NCBI GenBank assembly: GCA_036172245.1
Contig: JAYWIR010000005.1
Span: 3,844,001 to 3,908,000, forward strand
DNA length: 64,000 nucleotides
Direction: 5' to 3'
Origin: Raillietiella orientalis
Lineage: Eukaryota
The position numbers were made by a program, and so were the translations under genes. A model generated the notes under the pieces. It was not told the origin of the DNA. It searched no databases and was given only the letters and a program-made list of their open reading frames with translations. Positions 38,001-52,106 of the stretch are shown one piece after another; the first letter of the stretch is position 1, and each line of letters begins with the position of its first letter.

Positions 38001-41000
38001 CCAAACCAGTTTATTTTATCACCTATGTAGAGTACTCGAAATCAAATAACGATCATTCCTTTAGTTCAAAAGCAGCTCTAAATTTAGGATAAAGAAAAAA
38101 GCACTTAAAAGGAATTTAAAAAAGAAAATGAAAATTCGCGATACATTAAATACAGGTCATAAAAATAAGACTATGCTGCAAAAACATCCATTGTATAAAA
38201 TGAAAGCAAATAAGTGAGAAGCAGGTGCTCTTAAAATGTTGCTAAAATAATAATATGCCAAATCATGGACAAGATTAGAAGATCTGCAATATTATATAGT
38301 TACGGGGGGTTCTCTGCGATAAAATCTTTAAGGGTGTTCGTTTCCTTCTTTTTATTCAGGGAGCAAGGGAAAGAAATGAAGTAAACCAGGAATTTCTTGC
38401 ACAAGTAATTTTTACCGAAACGAAACTGCGTAGAGAGCATTTAGAAAGGGGTGAGAACCAAATAAGAAACGAAAAGTGAACAGCCATTTCGAAATTGAAT
38501 TAAATTTCGAATTTTAGGCATCTGATGAAAAGTAAACCATTGCTTTTTTAACCATGTTTACTACTCTGCGTTTTATCACCTACTCTCAAAAGACAAGGCA
38601 ACACCGAATCCAAAAGAGACGGAGCGGAGTATTCGCGGATGATCAATAAGCCAAATGAGACTTCAGGATTCACTATAAATTCTCTCTTCGATTCGCTGTT
38701 GAATAAAGTAGTTTTTCGCATGCCGAATGCAATGAGTCAAAAATTCATCAAAATCACGTTGACCAATAGTTTTGCTTTATGAGATAGATGGCACAGATCC
38801 TGACAAGAAGCAAAATGTCATTAAGAGCATCCAGGTGTCTTTACTTCATCGCGAGTACTTATAGGAAAACCATAAGTACATTTTACATACCAAAAAAAGT
38901 TGTCGTATTATAATTAAATTATGTATCACCAACAAACTGAAGTGAATACATATATATGTATGCTGATGAAAAGAACATGGTCGTAAACAAAAAAATGTAT
39001 GGAGAAAGGCCAAGTTTTTATTTTGTATAGTGAAAAGCTTACGTGACTGCGTTAGTCGAGTAATAAAATGCTAACTGTTCTCATTTTAGCAGTAAATTAA
39101 CAATGAATCAGTAGTTTTATGCGATAACGACATGGAGACCACTAACTCAAAGTCCCTTGAAAAATCCAAGTTTAATTGAATTGAAGCATTTGAAATTACG
39201 AAACGCTCTTTATTCGCTCTTTGCAAAAATTCAAGTTCTTCAGGATTCGGCCTTAATGTAGAAAAGATTTCACAGTAAAACGATGCTATATTATTTCAAA
39301 TTGTGCATAAACTGTTATTTAGTTTTACATTACAAGATGGATAAAATGTTCTGTAGTTGTAAGCTCCATTTGGAAAACCGAATGAACATTAATCATTGTG
39401 ATGACTCTTTGCCTTTTTCAATGTACTCAGGCATGTCTGCGTTAATTCTTTGAAGCCTTGAGATAATGTACGATTTTGTTACTACACATGTAAACAAATC
39501 AAGCACTGCTACACACACGTGCAGCTGGAGTAGTGGTTCGGAACAGTTCGGGAGGAGATTTATGCACATGCATGCATTTGTATTCTTTTCTTATATTTAT
39601 TTACATTCATATCACCGTATTCATATTCTATTATATTCATGTCTCATATGTTTCTCGGGATACGATATAGGATACATGATGATTTGCTATCGTTTTGCAT
39701 CAATGGACATGAATTTCTGGTACTATTCACAGTAAATATAATGTACTATTGTATGCTTGCTTGTATTCACAGTAAACCTTGCCTCAGATTGAAAATCATA
39801 AAATAAAAATTCATTCTTCTAGCACGTAAACACCTCAACCAGAAAGTTTAAAAGTTTTCAAATGTTTGCAATTGTATCTTATGGACAGCAGACACTTTTT
39901 TATCTTATTATATCTTAAATGCTTGTTATATGAATAACTGTCTCTAAATACAAATATATATTTGAGAATTATTTATATAATTTTCCTAACACATTGAAAT
40001 ATGTGTGTAATATATTGTTGCTTACTGAGATCAATCGAATAATAATATTCAAGAATTCCTTCAGAGTGATGTTGATCCAGACTCTATGTAATATGATGCT
40101 TAAGATTCTGCATAGGAATACTTGGAATGCTCTTAAAAAGAAATGGATTCATCTATAGAAATTTAGTAATAGGTGCTCTATCCTATTTCCTCTTCGAATG
40201 TCCTCTCACTCTCTCATATAATTGGGATTTTAAAAACTTTCAGGGTCATGACAAAAATGGAAAGCATTGAAGGAATGTACTTGATTTTTCTGAAGAATTA
40301 AGAGTAATATGAAAAAAAATTGTAAGAGATAAGAATTCTGGTTAAGTTTCCATGTTTTTATACTGCAGTTGGGAAATTCGAGTTTTATTCTGTTGCAGAC
40401 TTCCAGAAGTAATTTCATTCATAAATGTAGTCACCTTCCTATGCTATGTCGTTTCTAAAGAGTTATCACCTTGTTTACCGGAAAATAAGATTGAACACGG
40501 AAAAAGTTTCGTCTTCCTAGAATATGAACTGAATAATAGAGACACTGTAAGCATCTTTTAAAAATCAGCTCTTACTATGCATAAAGAAATGCTTGAATGA
40601 ATCTCTTCTCGGACTTCTGGCTAAGATCAAAGTGTATGGATCATACTCTGTCTTAGTTTATTGCGTTATCGATTATTCAGATTTAGTGTGTTCATCTAAA
40701 ATCTTGAACAAAATACAAATTTGCGCTATACCAGCAGGATGATGCTGTAAAAACTTTGGAAATATTTTAGACGTTATAGATATGTTGTATATGTAAGGGT
40801 GCTAGATTAATGTTTTTGACTTTATGAGGTTTTAATGTTCAGGAGTTTTCTTATGCAGTAAATATATTATTTTTGAAAGGATATTCGCATGTTGCTTGAT
40901 GTTTATAAGAATAATTGCTCATTTTAGTATTTAGGAGGCTTATATTTCGGTGGTTTATGTTGTTCAATGGGGATGGATATATTCATGCTCATAAAATGGT

Positions 41001-41250
41001 CATACACATGGTAATTCCTAGCCTAGCAATTGCCATTGTTTCTGTCTAGCTGAGTGCCATATGCCTAATGATAATGGTCGTCTAGTGTCTGATAATGTGC
41101 GTTCTAAGTTTGACTTGCCTTACATGAAGTTTCCTAATGCTACTGTAATTGATTCTGCTATTTGACGCATTTAAGCGAAAATTAACTTAATGCTACCTTT
41201 CGATGATCATAGTAATTTGTCATGACAATCAAAAACTAGTGTTTTAAAAA

Positions 41251-44200
41251 ATGCCAAAAATAAGGAAAAGTAAAAAACCACCCCCCGAAGGCTGGGAACT
41301 AATTGAACCAACTTTAGAAGAGCTTGAACAAAAGATGAGAGAAGGTAATGCAAGTGCTTTTGTATGGTCTTATTGCTTTAACGTTTGAAAGGCTTAAATC
41401 ACATTACACTTAATAAGCCGCACGTTGTTACTAGGATTAATTGTTATAGACAGAATTGCATTTGCATTAAGCAGTCTTTTGGTTAGGAGGCAGTATCAGT
41501 GTATTATGTCAATGATGGTGTTCCGGTGAACTGTTCCCAACTGCATATATAACATAGCATCAGGAGAGCGGTTTTTGAAACACTTTGGGATCAGTTTTTA
41601 CGAAAAGATCCCAAAGCATTTCCCGTAATTTTGATTGCAACTTTACATGTTATAGACACCTAATAATTTGTTTATAATTTCACATACATTAAAATTACAA
41701 GCATTCATTGTGAATATATTGTGAAACTGAATCCAAGCTCAAAGAAGTTTCTTTGATTGAAATTCACTGTTGAATTCGTAAACAGTTTACGGTTTATTAT
41801 GGCACAGTAAGGAAATGGTTTTTCTAAATTATCTTCATTTCATTATATTTTTATATGCTGATGATAAAAGTTGAAAAAACTGAAACATTGAAAACTTTAA
41901 TCTTATAGTAAAATTTGAAGTGATTTTGGATTTTATATATAGCTGGCAATGAGTAGAACACAAGGTTTCATCCCATATTTCTCTGTTAAAGAGTTTTGTG
42001 TGTAATTTTGAAAGTGGAATATCTTGATTTGGAGACATCTTTTATCCTCAGTTCACAATAATTCACTATGATTTCACATTCCTATGTATTTTGTAATGTA
42101 GACAGAGTTTCTTTCGGAGTTATTTTTGACATCATGCAGCATCTTGGTATCTGTATTTTTTGCTGCAGAGTAATACTTTTAATTACTTTTTCAAGTCATG
42201 TGATCATAAATTGATGACAACTGTAATATATATTTGTATAAGTATATCTATATATATCTGTGCATGTGGTTTAAATCAGGTTTCCATCTCCTCATGCATC
42301 ATTATAAATCACTGCAAATCAACCAACTTGGCAAATTTCTTGATTGGCTTTGTGATAATTTTCTCCATTCAAATTATAAAGACTGCATTAAACCAAATTG
42401 ATGTGATTTCATTGCCTCTTTTCCTTCATCTTCATTGTTAATGTTTTCATTATCTGACTATTTCACAGATTGGTATCTGAATCACCATGTAAAGATGTAG
42501 AATGAATTGCATTTGCATATTAGGAGTATTGGTAGTAAAAATTAATTGGTAATTGAACTTGGTTTCTTAATACCTTCTGTTTTACAATGTTTCCTTCCGA
42601 ATTTTGTACTCTTTTTATTGAACATTTTTATACTTATTCATCTAGTGAAGTTTTTTTTGTGTGTGTGTTACATTTTTATTTGTGGATCAGTTTCAACTGT
42701 TTTCAAAAGTTTTCAATAAGATTTGCTAGCCAACCAACATCAGTTGGTGTGTACAGCTACAATTCAGTGTTTGTGATTGTAGTAGTAATTGTAAAAAATG
42801 AGAAAATTATCTCGATTTCAATCATACCTTATTCACAATGATATTTAATCATTTGTCATTTGTGCAAACAGCGAAATTAAGTGAAATATCCCTTAGTAGA
42901 GCTACGAATCGATCTCTATTGACCAGATTGATTTGAATTTTTTTTGGTACAGTAAGTTTGTAGTTTATTTTCTCAAAAAATAGGTTGATGGGTTTTTTGT
43001 AACTTTTTCTTTTTTGTTTTTAGCTTGTCTAAAGGACTGCATATGTTTTGATTCATACACACGTATTTTTTTATGATAAAGTGGCCAGTGTGTCTGACCA
43101 TAAATGTTTGTAAGAGTATTTGAATATTTGAATCCTGGTTCACCTTTTTTTGGAGAAACAAGTTCTCTAGTCTCATTAAATTTCTTCTGTTATTCGCACT
43201 TGCCTTCATCATTTGAATTTCTTGGTTTCTTCTTGCGATCATTTATGGAGTTTTATTCTATAAATATCCCATTTTTAAAAAACAAAAGAGAGAGTCATGT
43301 ACTGATTACTCTGTTTTCTGATGTTATCCCAGCTTTTTTCTGTTTTCCTGTTATTAGCTAGTCTATTGTGAGATATAAGAATGGAATTGATGTACTCTTA
43401 TAAATACATCCTAACCACACATTAATAACACTTAAGTGTGCAACACATTAATAACAATTATGTGTTTATTTGATACAGTTCCTATGAAGAAAAATCTAGA
43501 ATAAAGAGTTCAGAACTGAGCAGTTTTTTTGTTTTATTAATGAGCAGCAGCTAAAACTGATGGGATGTCTGTATCATATTTTCCGTGTCTATTCTGGCAC
43601 CCAGGTTTCTCAAATGGTGTGAACATCCATCTTTTTATTCAAGCTTATTGAAGGAATTTTATGTACACACGAACTGTTGCCTTTTAATAGGTGTCAGATT
43701 GATGTGATTGTTTTAAAGCATCCAGAATTTTCTTAAAGAGCTAGATGTATAGAATTTATGTTGGATTTTCACATAAAAACTGGTTCTGTTTTTGAAATTG
43801 CGCACTTAGTGCTTTCATTTTTGTTGCTTATGCAAGGATAAAATGCTTGTATCTGAAAGAACACCAAATTCATGCTGTGTGCCTACTTTACATCTACTTT
43901 ACTAAAATAGAGTAGATCTGAAAATAGAGACTCTGCTAGATTTTCAACCTTTCGGAATGTTCACTTGCTTTTAGAATTTTCATGTTAAGTTTTTGAATCT
44001 CTTTTTGCATGTCTAGAACTTGCTTCTCTAGAACATTCACATGAATGATTTAGTTCCTTCAAAGAAACTTAATTGCTCTGTCTGCAGAGTTTTAATTGAA
44101 TTTTGTAGTCTAGAATATTATGCATGCAAAAAATACATACATGCCTTCATGCACACATGCTTTTTTCATCACATAGCATTTTGTTGAAATAAAAAGTAGT

Positions 44201-44928
44201 TCTTGTTTTAACAATCCATAAGTAGTTATAGCATGTCCTGCACAATCTTAGCTTCATATCTTAGAAAGATACATGTTTTTATTTTCAATATGTATATCCC
44301 TTCATAAAACTTCAAAAAGAAACTTTGGTTATGAATGTCTCTTTTCAGCTGAAACTGAACCCCATGAAGGAAAGAGGAAAGTGGAATCTTTGTGGCCTAT
44401 CTTTAAAATTCATCATCAGAAGTCCAGATATATTTTTGATCTTTTCTATAGACGTAAAGCTATTAGTCAAGGTTTGTTATTTCTATACTCAAAGTAAACT
44501 GAATGTTTGCACAATTTTCCAGATTTATATGATTATTGTCTAAAAGAAGGAATTGCAGACAAAAATCTCATAGCCAAGTGGAAAAAGCAAGGCTATGAAA
44601 ATCTTTGCTGTCTTCGCTGCATCCAGACTCGTGATACAAATTTTGGAACGAATTGCATATGTCGAGTACCCAAAAATAAATTAGAAGAAGTAAGGTTTCT
44701 CTTTTCTCTTTCTCTCTCTCCTCAAATCTAGCTCATACTTAATTTCACTCCTCATGTTCATTGTTCATTGGGCACGCACTTTCTGTGTGCTTGAATATTG
44801 CAGTTTGATAGCTGAAGTTCATGTCAAAACGATCAGTGATGTATGGTTATATTTGAAAGACATTCTGTTTTTTGCAGGGCAGAATAGTAGAATGTGTCCA
44901 TTGCGGATGCCGTGGTTGCTCTGGATGA
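41251..44928 (+). CDS. BUD31: BUD31 / G10 spliceosome-associated protein, 4 exons
   Basis: Exons 41251-41344 ([31 protein letters not shown]), 44349-44471 ([34 protein letters not shown]), 44523-44689 ([33 protein letters not shown]) and 44878-44928 ([16 protein letters not shown], stop). Confidence 0.97.
43417..43468. repeat. 26-bp tandem duplication in BUD31 intron 1
   Basis: acacattaataacacttaagtgtgca followed by acacattaataacaattatgtgttta. Confidence 0.8.
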
Positions 44929-47332
44929 AAATGTTGGAAATCTCTTATGAAGTGGATAATTGTAAATTATTCGCTGTATAAATTTGAAAGAATCCTTCAA
45001 GAATGTTCTTTAACAGTTTTGTACTACTGGCAAATATGAAGATCAATAAAATGTGCCCATTTCATGTTTTGTTCCTTCATTACTCGTGTATGTATACATT
45101 TCTGTGTATTCGTTTGTGTCAATGAAATCACTGTCAGAAATCCGATGTTTTGTGGGATTCTGATGAAGGCAACGTAATTCACCGCAGTTTCTGTGTTGGT
45201 GCAAAACCTTTGAGATGTTCCGAATGTGCGAAAGCTGAACCCTGTGAAGGATTGCAAGTGCAGAGTCAGAAGCGGTCGTGAAAAGATGCACTCCTGTAAT
45301 CATCCAAGAGAACGGCCGCATTGCGTTTCCTTGCGTCTCGGATGTTTTGTAATTTTCGCACAGATAGTGTCAGTTTATCTGAATCTGACCAGCGGCTTAG
45401 AAATTCCATGCATGGTTCATTTCCGAATCGTTGTTCACTCCAGTGTTCTACTGCATGCAGGCTTACCGTATCTGTTGCGAAGGCTCTATCTCGCACTGAT
45501 CTGTTGCTGTTTCTTGAACAAGCAAAATCCTGAGAGAGTGTTCGCATTGGTTCATGCTCTGATAGAAAATGCTCTCCCAGGAAAATCACCTGGATGTAGT
45601 TAGTGTTAGTAGCAGCATCGGTAAGATGTTGCTTCTTGTGAAGCTCGAAGCTGACGTCGCATCCCGGGAATGATGTGCAGACGAGCAGGTTTGCACCCGC
45701 CGATCACAGTGCGAAGTTTCACACACACTTCTCGGACTGAAGAGCCGTGGAGTTACCACCGGTGGGGTGACCGCGATGGATTGCACCTCTACTGTGATCA
45801 CGGAACACGACTCAAGCGTTGTGTTTAGTGTCTGTTAGTAATCGTGATCATTCATTTACTGGGTTCATAAGTCAACTTGCTACATTTCAGTTGGCATCAG
45901 CGAAATGTTTCTAAGCCTTTCTAGCTGTGTAGGTGCTATTTGTGAAATTTTCTACTCAGCTGCGTAGGTGCAGGTTTAACGCTGTTTGGGAGCTGCACCT
46001 GGTTGCTCAAGGTGCAAATAAGTTAGCATGTTCCCCTTCGTAACTGCCTTTTGTGTAACCAAGGAAAGTTCAAGTGATAGATTCTGAAGATTTAGCATTT
46101 CAGTGGAACAGTGAGACTATGAAGAAAATGGGCATTTTTCGCGTTAATCATGATTCATCCCGTTGTCGTTCTTCAGCAGAAATGGGGAAGGGGTCTGAAG
46201 ATTCGTGATAGGGCTCTCTTTTTATTGTATTTTATTTCCTTCTGGTTTTGGATTAGAAGGTAATCGAATTCTGTACCAGTAAAGCATTGTATACGATTCT
46301 AGGCAGAGCGTTGCGAATCCAAAGTCGCTGCGGATGGCTGATTTGCATTGATAAAAAAAAGCATGCCAGAATAGACGAGATGGCGATTAGACAGAAACGA
46401 ATTAGTGTACCAAGCATAGTTATGGCAACATCCAATCGCGTTAACGAATACATATTCAGAATATCGGGAAGTGTAAAAGAAATTATGCAGCAAAGATATT
46501 TGAGAGATCCACGAGTGTCTACTATTGTTTATTTTGATTTCGGTGTTTGTATTTACGTATTTTGGACATCAAAAGAGAATGGAAACACCATTCTCATAAG
46601 GATAACGTGTGAGGGGAAGGAGGGGAAATTGACTCTTCCCGGCCGTGCACACGCCGGGAATGACGTTGTCTACTCGCGCGCGCACGGAAGTCGGCGGCGG
46701 TTCGCTTCTCATCCCTAGTGCCAGGCTCTCCCTTGTCCTGTGTCTAGGGTGGCGCCTTTCGGTCTCCGCCGGTTGTGAGACTGCTGGACAGCCCGTGGGT
46801 GCCTCCGGCAAATCGCTCCTGCCAGAGGTCCTGGAGGCTGGAAGGGGGAAGAGAACTCCACACTCAGCTCCAGACCGAATGACACCTGGAACAGTCCCAT
46901 GAAGAGGTTTGGGAATCCCTTCGGCTTACTTTTCCGTCAGTCCGAGAGCAGTGCGGCTCTTGAGCGGTTAGAAAGTCTTCCTTGAGCTCCTTAATGGAAG
47001 AGCTTTGTGAATGCGCCAAAAAAAGAAAAAATCACCAGTGTTTCATCCTTATTGCGATACGCAGTGCCGTAGCATCATCCTTCTGTGAGTCCGCAATCGC
47101 CTTCAGGCTGCGAAATCGCCCTAGAAATGCACAGCTTTAAATTCCTCTTCTCCCTATTTGCAACGGCGCTTGTTGTCTGTAATCAATTCCTGCTGTTCTA
47201 AAGGACAGCCGCCGAGTTCAAAGTTGACGCTCGTCAGCGCGAGCTGACAGCAGCTGAGGATCGGAAAGTGCTACAACCGGAAGTGCTAGTTCTCGAAAAG
47301 TTCCTTTTCGTTGGGAATTCCCACGAACGCTG

Positions 47333-47640
47333 TTTCTAACCCGGGTGCGCCGGGGCGTTTATTACTAAACTATCCAGGAACTCTGTTCCTGGATTAGTCA
47401 TGGCACAATCCGAGGAAAGTCTCCTGTAACAGTTGTGCTTGCCGAGCTGGTTTCCGGGGACACTTGCGAGCGTGCCCAAGTAAGAAGTTTGTGTCCACAG
47501 CTGCTGGGAGCTTGGCACCTTCGTCCGTACCGGCGACAGGTCCCGAGGGGAGAGGTCAACGGGGAAACCAGCGAGAACAACGCGAAGCGAGTCATCGGTA
47601 CAAGCGAGAGCGACGAATGAGAAAAAGTTCGTCAAACTGC
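47333..47640 (-). mobile_element. Short LINE 3'-tail copy or SINE-like derivative
   Basis: Carries the same terminal motif as the LINE ends at 5932 and 52107 (taataaacgccccggcgcacccgggttagaaa) and a hairpin at 47372-47394. The right boundary is approximate. Confidence 0.5.
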
Positions 47641-48749
47641 GAACGAGTCGAATCGTTTCGAGAACTTCACGAGAAGGGACTGTCTTGCGATTCGGGTCGG
47701 CCACACGTGTTCGCGCTTTCGGCTGTTCCCCTCTTCGTAGATCAGGGAAGCTGTTCCACGAAGGCAAAAGGCCGTTCGGCTTTGACGTACACGCGAAGTT
47801 CACACAAATCGACCGATGCCGGACATGAATTATCCATCGGTTCGATGCAAAGCAGAACAAATCGCCTGCGAAAGTTATGAGGAACGTGTGCAGTGCGTTG
47901 AAACGCCCCGCCCACGCACGGTCGTTCTTTGGATCCCGCCCTACGGAACTTGCGGGGGATTCCGAATAGATGATTTTTTCTTGATCGTCCGTCGCTCGCG
48001 CGGATTTCACGCATGTGGATTGGCCCCGTTACACGTGCCTGTGAATCTCTGGAGGGAAGCGCAGTGGTTGTAACAGTAGGAAGAGTAAACACGAAGTGTC
48101 TTCTACGTTTCTGTTCTCTCCGATAATTCCAACGGGCACTCGTCTCGAAATGTGTCATTTTGCCAGCGATGGAATTTTTCACGGGCTCCTCTTGGAAGGC
48201 CGAAAGAGAGCTTTTTTTTTGGGGGGGGGGATGCGGAAGAACATCCTCACACCGGCGTTCTCGCCGCCTCTTTCCACCTTTGTAAGCAACACCTGACGAC
48301 ACGGTCCACGGTTACCCAAACACAGGAAATGCGCGCGTGCTTTTTCCTTTTTTGTGGGTCCAGAATTGCATTCCAGAACAGCCTGCTCCACAGAAACGCG
48401 TGTGGCTCGTTCCGAGTTCACTATCTGTGGTTGTGAAGCAGTGTGCGTGAAGTCGAACTTCACCTGAGACGGGAGGCGATTTTTCGAGCTTCCCGCGATG
48501 ATATGGGAAAAGAGACTCCTCTCTCCCTGTACACGGCGTTACTGATCCATGCGCCCTCCCTCTCTCTCGTGGCACTGGCGCACTAATCGTCGGTCGGTCC
48601 TTCCGAATCTTTATTTCGTTCCCTTGGGCGACTCTGTCCGAACTTAAACTTACGGGCAACACACGAAACGGGAATTGGGGAGCAGAGTGCAAATGCGACG
48701 AATCCTCCCGCCGGAACTCAGGAGCGCCTCGTGGGAGGGGCAGGGCAAC

Positions 48750-49822
48750 CTATCCACGAAACTCGATGCCGTCCTGCATCGTCAGGGCAGTGTGGATCGC
48801 CGGTGGACTGGTCCCGCGCAATTTGGAAACGAGGAAGTGGGGGATCCTGGGGCGCCTTCCGGCAGGGCGCATCTCGCGGATCCCCGTGCTCCCTCTCGAC
48901 CCATTCTGGCCGCGATTTCCGTCTCCTTCGCTCCCGGGACGGGATGTCTTGGAAGGAGGCGCAACATATGAGGAGTTGGTTCCTCGAGCCTGATGCTTTG
49001 GGAACTCTTCGGGCAGAAAGATTAAAATGGTGGAGCAAGGCGGTGTTAAGCTAGAAGAGACAACGTGAGGAAGAGGCAAATCCTTCGATTCGCCACTTCC
49101 TCCTCCTTCTACTCGCTCATCCTCCGTGCCTGGCAGCAGGCCATCGCGCCGCTTGTCCTCCTCCACTTCGTGGTCTCGTCCGATCCGCTGAACGTCCGCA
49201 GGGCGCATGAGCTTCCTTCCCATTCTGTGAGGTGCTGCAGGCTGGGCCGAGGACAGGATAAGTGCCCGATAAAGTAGAGGGAGAAAAGGGGGGAGAACAC
49301 CGGGAAGGCTGTCCCTCCAAACCCTCCTTCTCTTCTGCCCCCCGTTGCTTCCCTCCGGAAGCATAGCTCCGATCTCGAGGGACATTTCCCCAAAGACCAC
49401 CTACCCCTCTTTTCCTCTTCGCGTTCTTCCCAAGGAGCGAGGATCCACCGACCGAGGTTGCCCCCAAGCTATTCTTCTCCCAGCGACTTCTCCCCCTTGT
49501 GGCACGCAGACGTGCAAACGCTGCTTCCGGAAACCATTCTGGAGTTCTCTCCGGCTGCTAGGCGGTTGAGCTACCCTTTCGCTCCCCGGTTCTCCTCCAG
49601 GAGAACACGGGCACCTGTTCGAGCTTCTTTTGCCACCTGGTCACGTCGGGACGTTTGTTGATTAAACCAAACAAGTGGTCAGCAAACATACTAAGACAGC
49701 AGGACTTCACGTCCTGTTGTCTTTGTATTCTGCCGGTTCTAAAAATTCTTGGGGATACCGATGAGGTACAGAACTAGAATCGAGGGGTGAAGGATGAAAA
49801 TAAACAAACAAATAAATAAAAT
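48750..49822 (+). mobile_element. Degraded 3' fragment of a LINE ORF2 plus 3' UTR
   Basis: AGGLVPRNLETRK resembles the GGLG motif at about 9395. A degenerate zf-RVT-like stretch (DKCP) follows, then a hairpin at 49693-49723 and an A-rich tail at about 49797-49822. Confidence 0.5.
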
Positions 49823-50399
49823 ATAGCAAATTCTTGGTATTGAAGGAAGGGATCACTATCCGTTTCCACGGAATCTCTGGATCCCTTGCCGGAAAGTTCC
49901 ACCTGATGTCATCCCTGGCGGGGCCATCGCGTCGCTGTCAAACTAAGGAAGGACATCGCCAACTGAATGGCTTCCCTGGCGTCCCTTCGAGCCTTCGAAT
50001 AGATGTCCTGGGATCCCGGGATCCTCAGAAAGGCAGAATCCTGCGGAAACTCGATTTCCCTCGGACTATGGAGGGCCGAGCCAGGCGCGAAACGGAGCGC
50101 CCCCGTGCACGCAGCACGGCAGGAACTTCCCGGGTCACGAGGGGCAGCTGGCACGAAGCTCCGCAGCGGCAACGGCTCGCGCAGCGCAGCAAGCAGTAGT
50201 GCGCGGGCAGGAAACGACCCCCGCGGTAAGGCGGCGAGGCGAGCGGTTTCGCCGCCAGGCGCGAGAGAGCGCGCGCGCACCGCACCGCGCAAGGCGCCGC
50301 CGAGCCGCCTCGACAGCACCTGCAGGGCATCGATTCGACGCTCTGGAGGCACGGAAAGCGGGGTGAGAGCGGGGTGGGGGGGGGCAACCTCTCAGGAAA

Positions 50400-52105
50400 G
50401 GAAGAGGAACGCCCGTCTTGCTGTAACCTCCGATGGTGCAGAAGCTGCTGCTGCTCCTCCTACGCCCTCCAGGTCACCAGACCACCGGAAGGACATCGGT
50501 GGGCGAAGGGGTGCGCACTACTCGCGGTGCCATCCTTCCTGTGGTGTTCCCGATGAAGTGCATCGTCCCCACTTCCCCCGAGGCAACCGAGAAGCAGACG
50601 TTCAAGCACAGCTAAGGGAACAACAAATCCTCTCACCAATGCACGAACAGCTGGACACGGAGGTGTAGGAAGCGGTGCAGTCGGTTTGCCCAGATCTTCG
50701 CCATCCATTTCGCGTCCGAGTTCAGGATGGAGATTAGCCTCCACTAGGTGACTGTGTGGAGGTCTCTGCCACTCTTTGAGAGCCATTCAGGCAGATGCAC
50801 GTGGTACAACGTCAAGTGCGCCCAAGCCCTCCTGGGATACAACCGTATCCTAGGAAACGACTGGTGCTGGGTTTCACCGATATAGAGAAGGCCTTCGACT
50901 CAGCAGACAACTCCATGCTGCTGAAGATTCTAGGGAAATGGGACTTCCAGGGGAGATTCCTGCAATATGTGGCCCACACCCTGAAGGAGGTGAACTTCAC
51001 TATCAGCATCAACGGGCTAACGTCGCTGAACATCAAGATGGGAAGAGAAGTGCGGCAGGGGGACGCTCTGGGCCCGATTCTCTTCGTTCTGTACATGGTG
51101 GTGATGAGCTCCTTGGTTAGAAACGAGAGCCGACTGAAGGTGGTAACCCTGGAAGATGAGACCATCACGCACCTGGCGTACGCCGACGACCTGCTCTTCG
51201 TCATGCCGGACGATCGGGATCAGGAGACGTTCTTGGACATCGGTCAATTCATGGAGTTTGGCCTCGGATTCGAGGAGAATCCCAGCAAGTCCCATCTGCT
51301 CGCTTTGGGAATACCGGACGTCACCGTCCTCCACGCCCACAGCTTCCAGATCGCGCACCAAGTGAAGTATCTGAGAGTACTAACGGCGACAAAACATCAG
51401 CCCGGGAGTTGCAGCAATAGCCGACCATCCTGCCCGAGATGAAAGAATAAACCAGCCACTACGTCGGAACCTTCTCGCAGAAAGACAAGACCAACCCCTG
51501 GAATGGATGCCGAAGTTTCTCTTTGCCTCGTCTTTCCTCCTGATTCCCCCAAGGACGGCGAAAGAGCTAACCGACATCCAGAGGAACCTGGTCTGGAGCG
51601 GGAAACAACCAAAGTAAAGTTGAAGTACCTGTGTCTCCCACGGTACCAGCATGCGCGACATCGCCACTGCCGTAGAGCTCCAGGACCTCAGACATCTGGT
51701 TCGGATCGTCAGTATCCGCATGGGACGATTGGCCGCTCGTGTTCCACCGTGCCTACTCAAGACTGGTGCGCTGAACCGACGGCCTCATGTCCGCTATGGC
51801 GCTCCCAGCGGGCGACTGGAAGCACATGGACCCAAAATGGCCAAAAATCCAGCGTCTCCCGTGGACCTCGCACTTGAAGATCATTCCCAGAAGCAAAGAG
51901 ATCTGGATCAGGAAGTGCACCAGTGTGATCCCTCTGTTCATCAGCGTCCCTTGGGATATGGGAGTCTGGATCCAGAAACCAGGAAAATGACCAGGAAAAT
52001 AGAAGAATGTGAGCGACTAACGGCGACCAGTGCCCTGCGTGTGGGTCGATCGAAAACAATCCCCACATCTACACCTGTCGCACTCTTGTCCAGGATCGGA
52101 GAGTG
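50400..52105 (+). mobile_element. Degenerate L1/Tx1-like reverse transcriptase fragment
   Basis: DIEKAFDSAD, REVRQGDALGPILF, HLAYADDLL (YADD at 51179), NPSKS, VKYL and KLKYLCLPR, with frameshifts and stops. Confidence 0.9.
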
Positions 52106-52106
52106 G

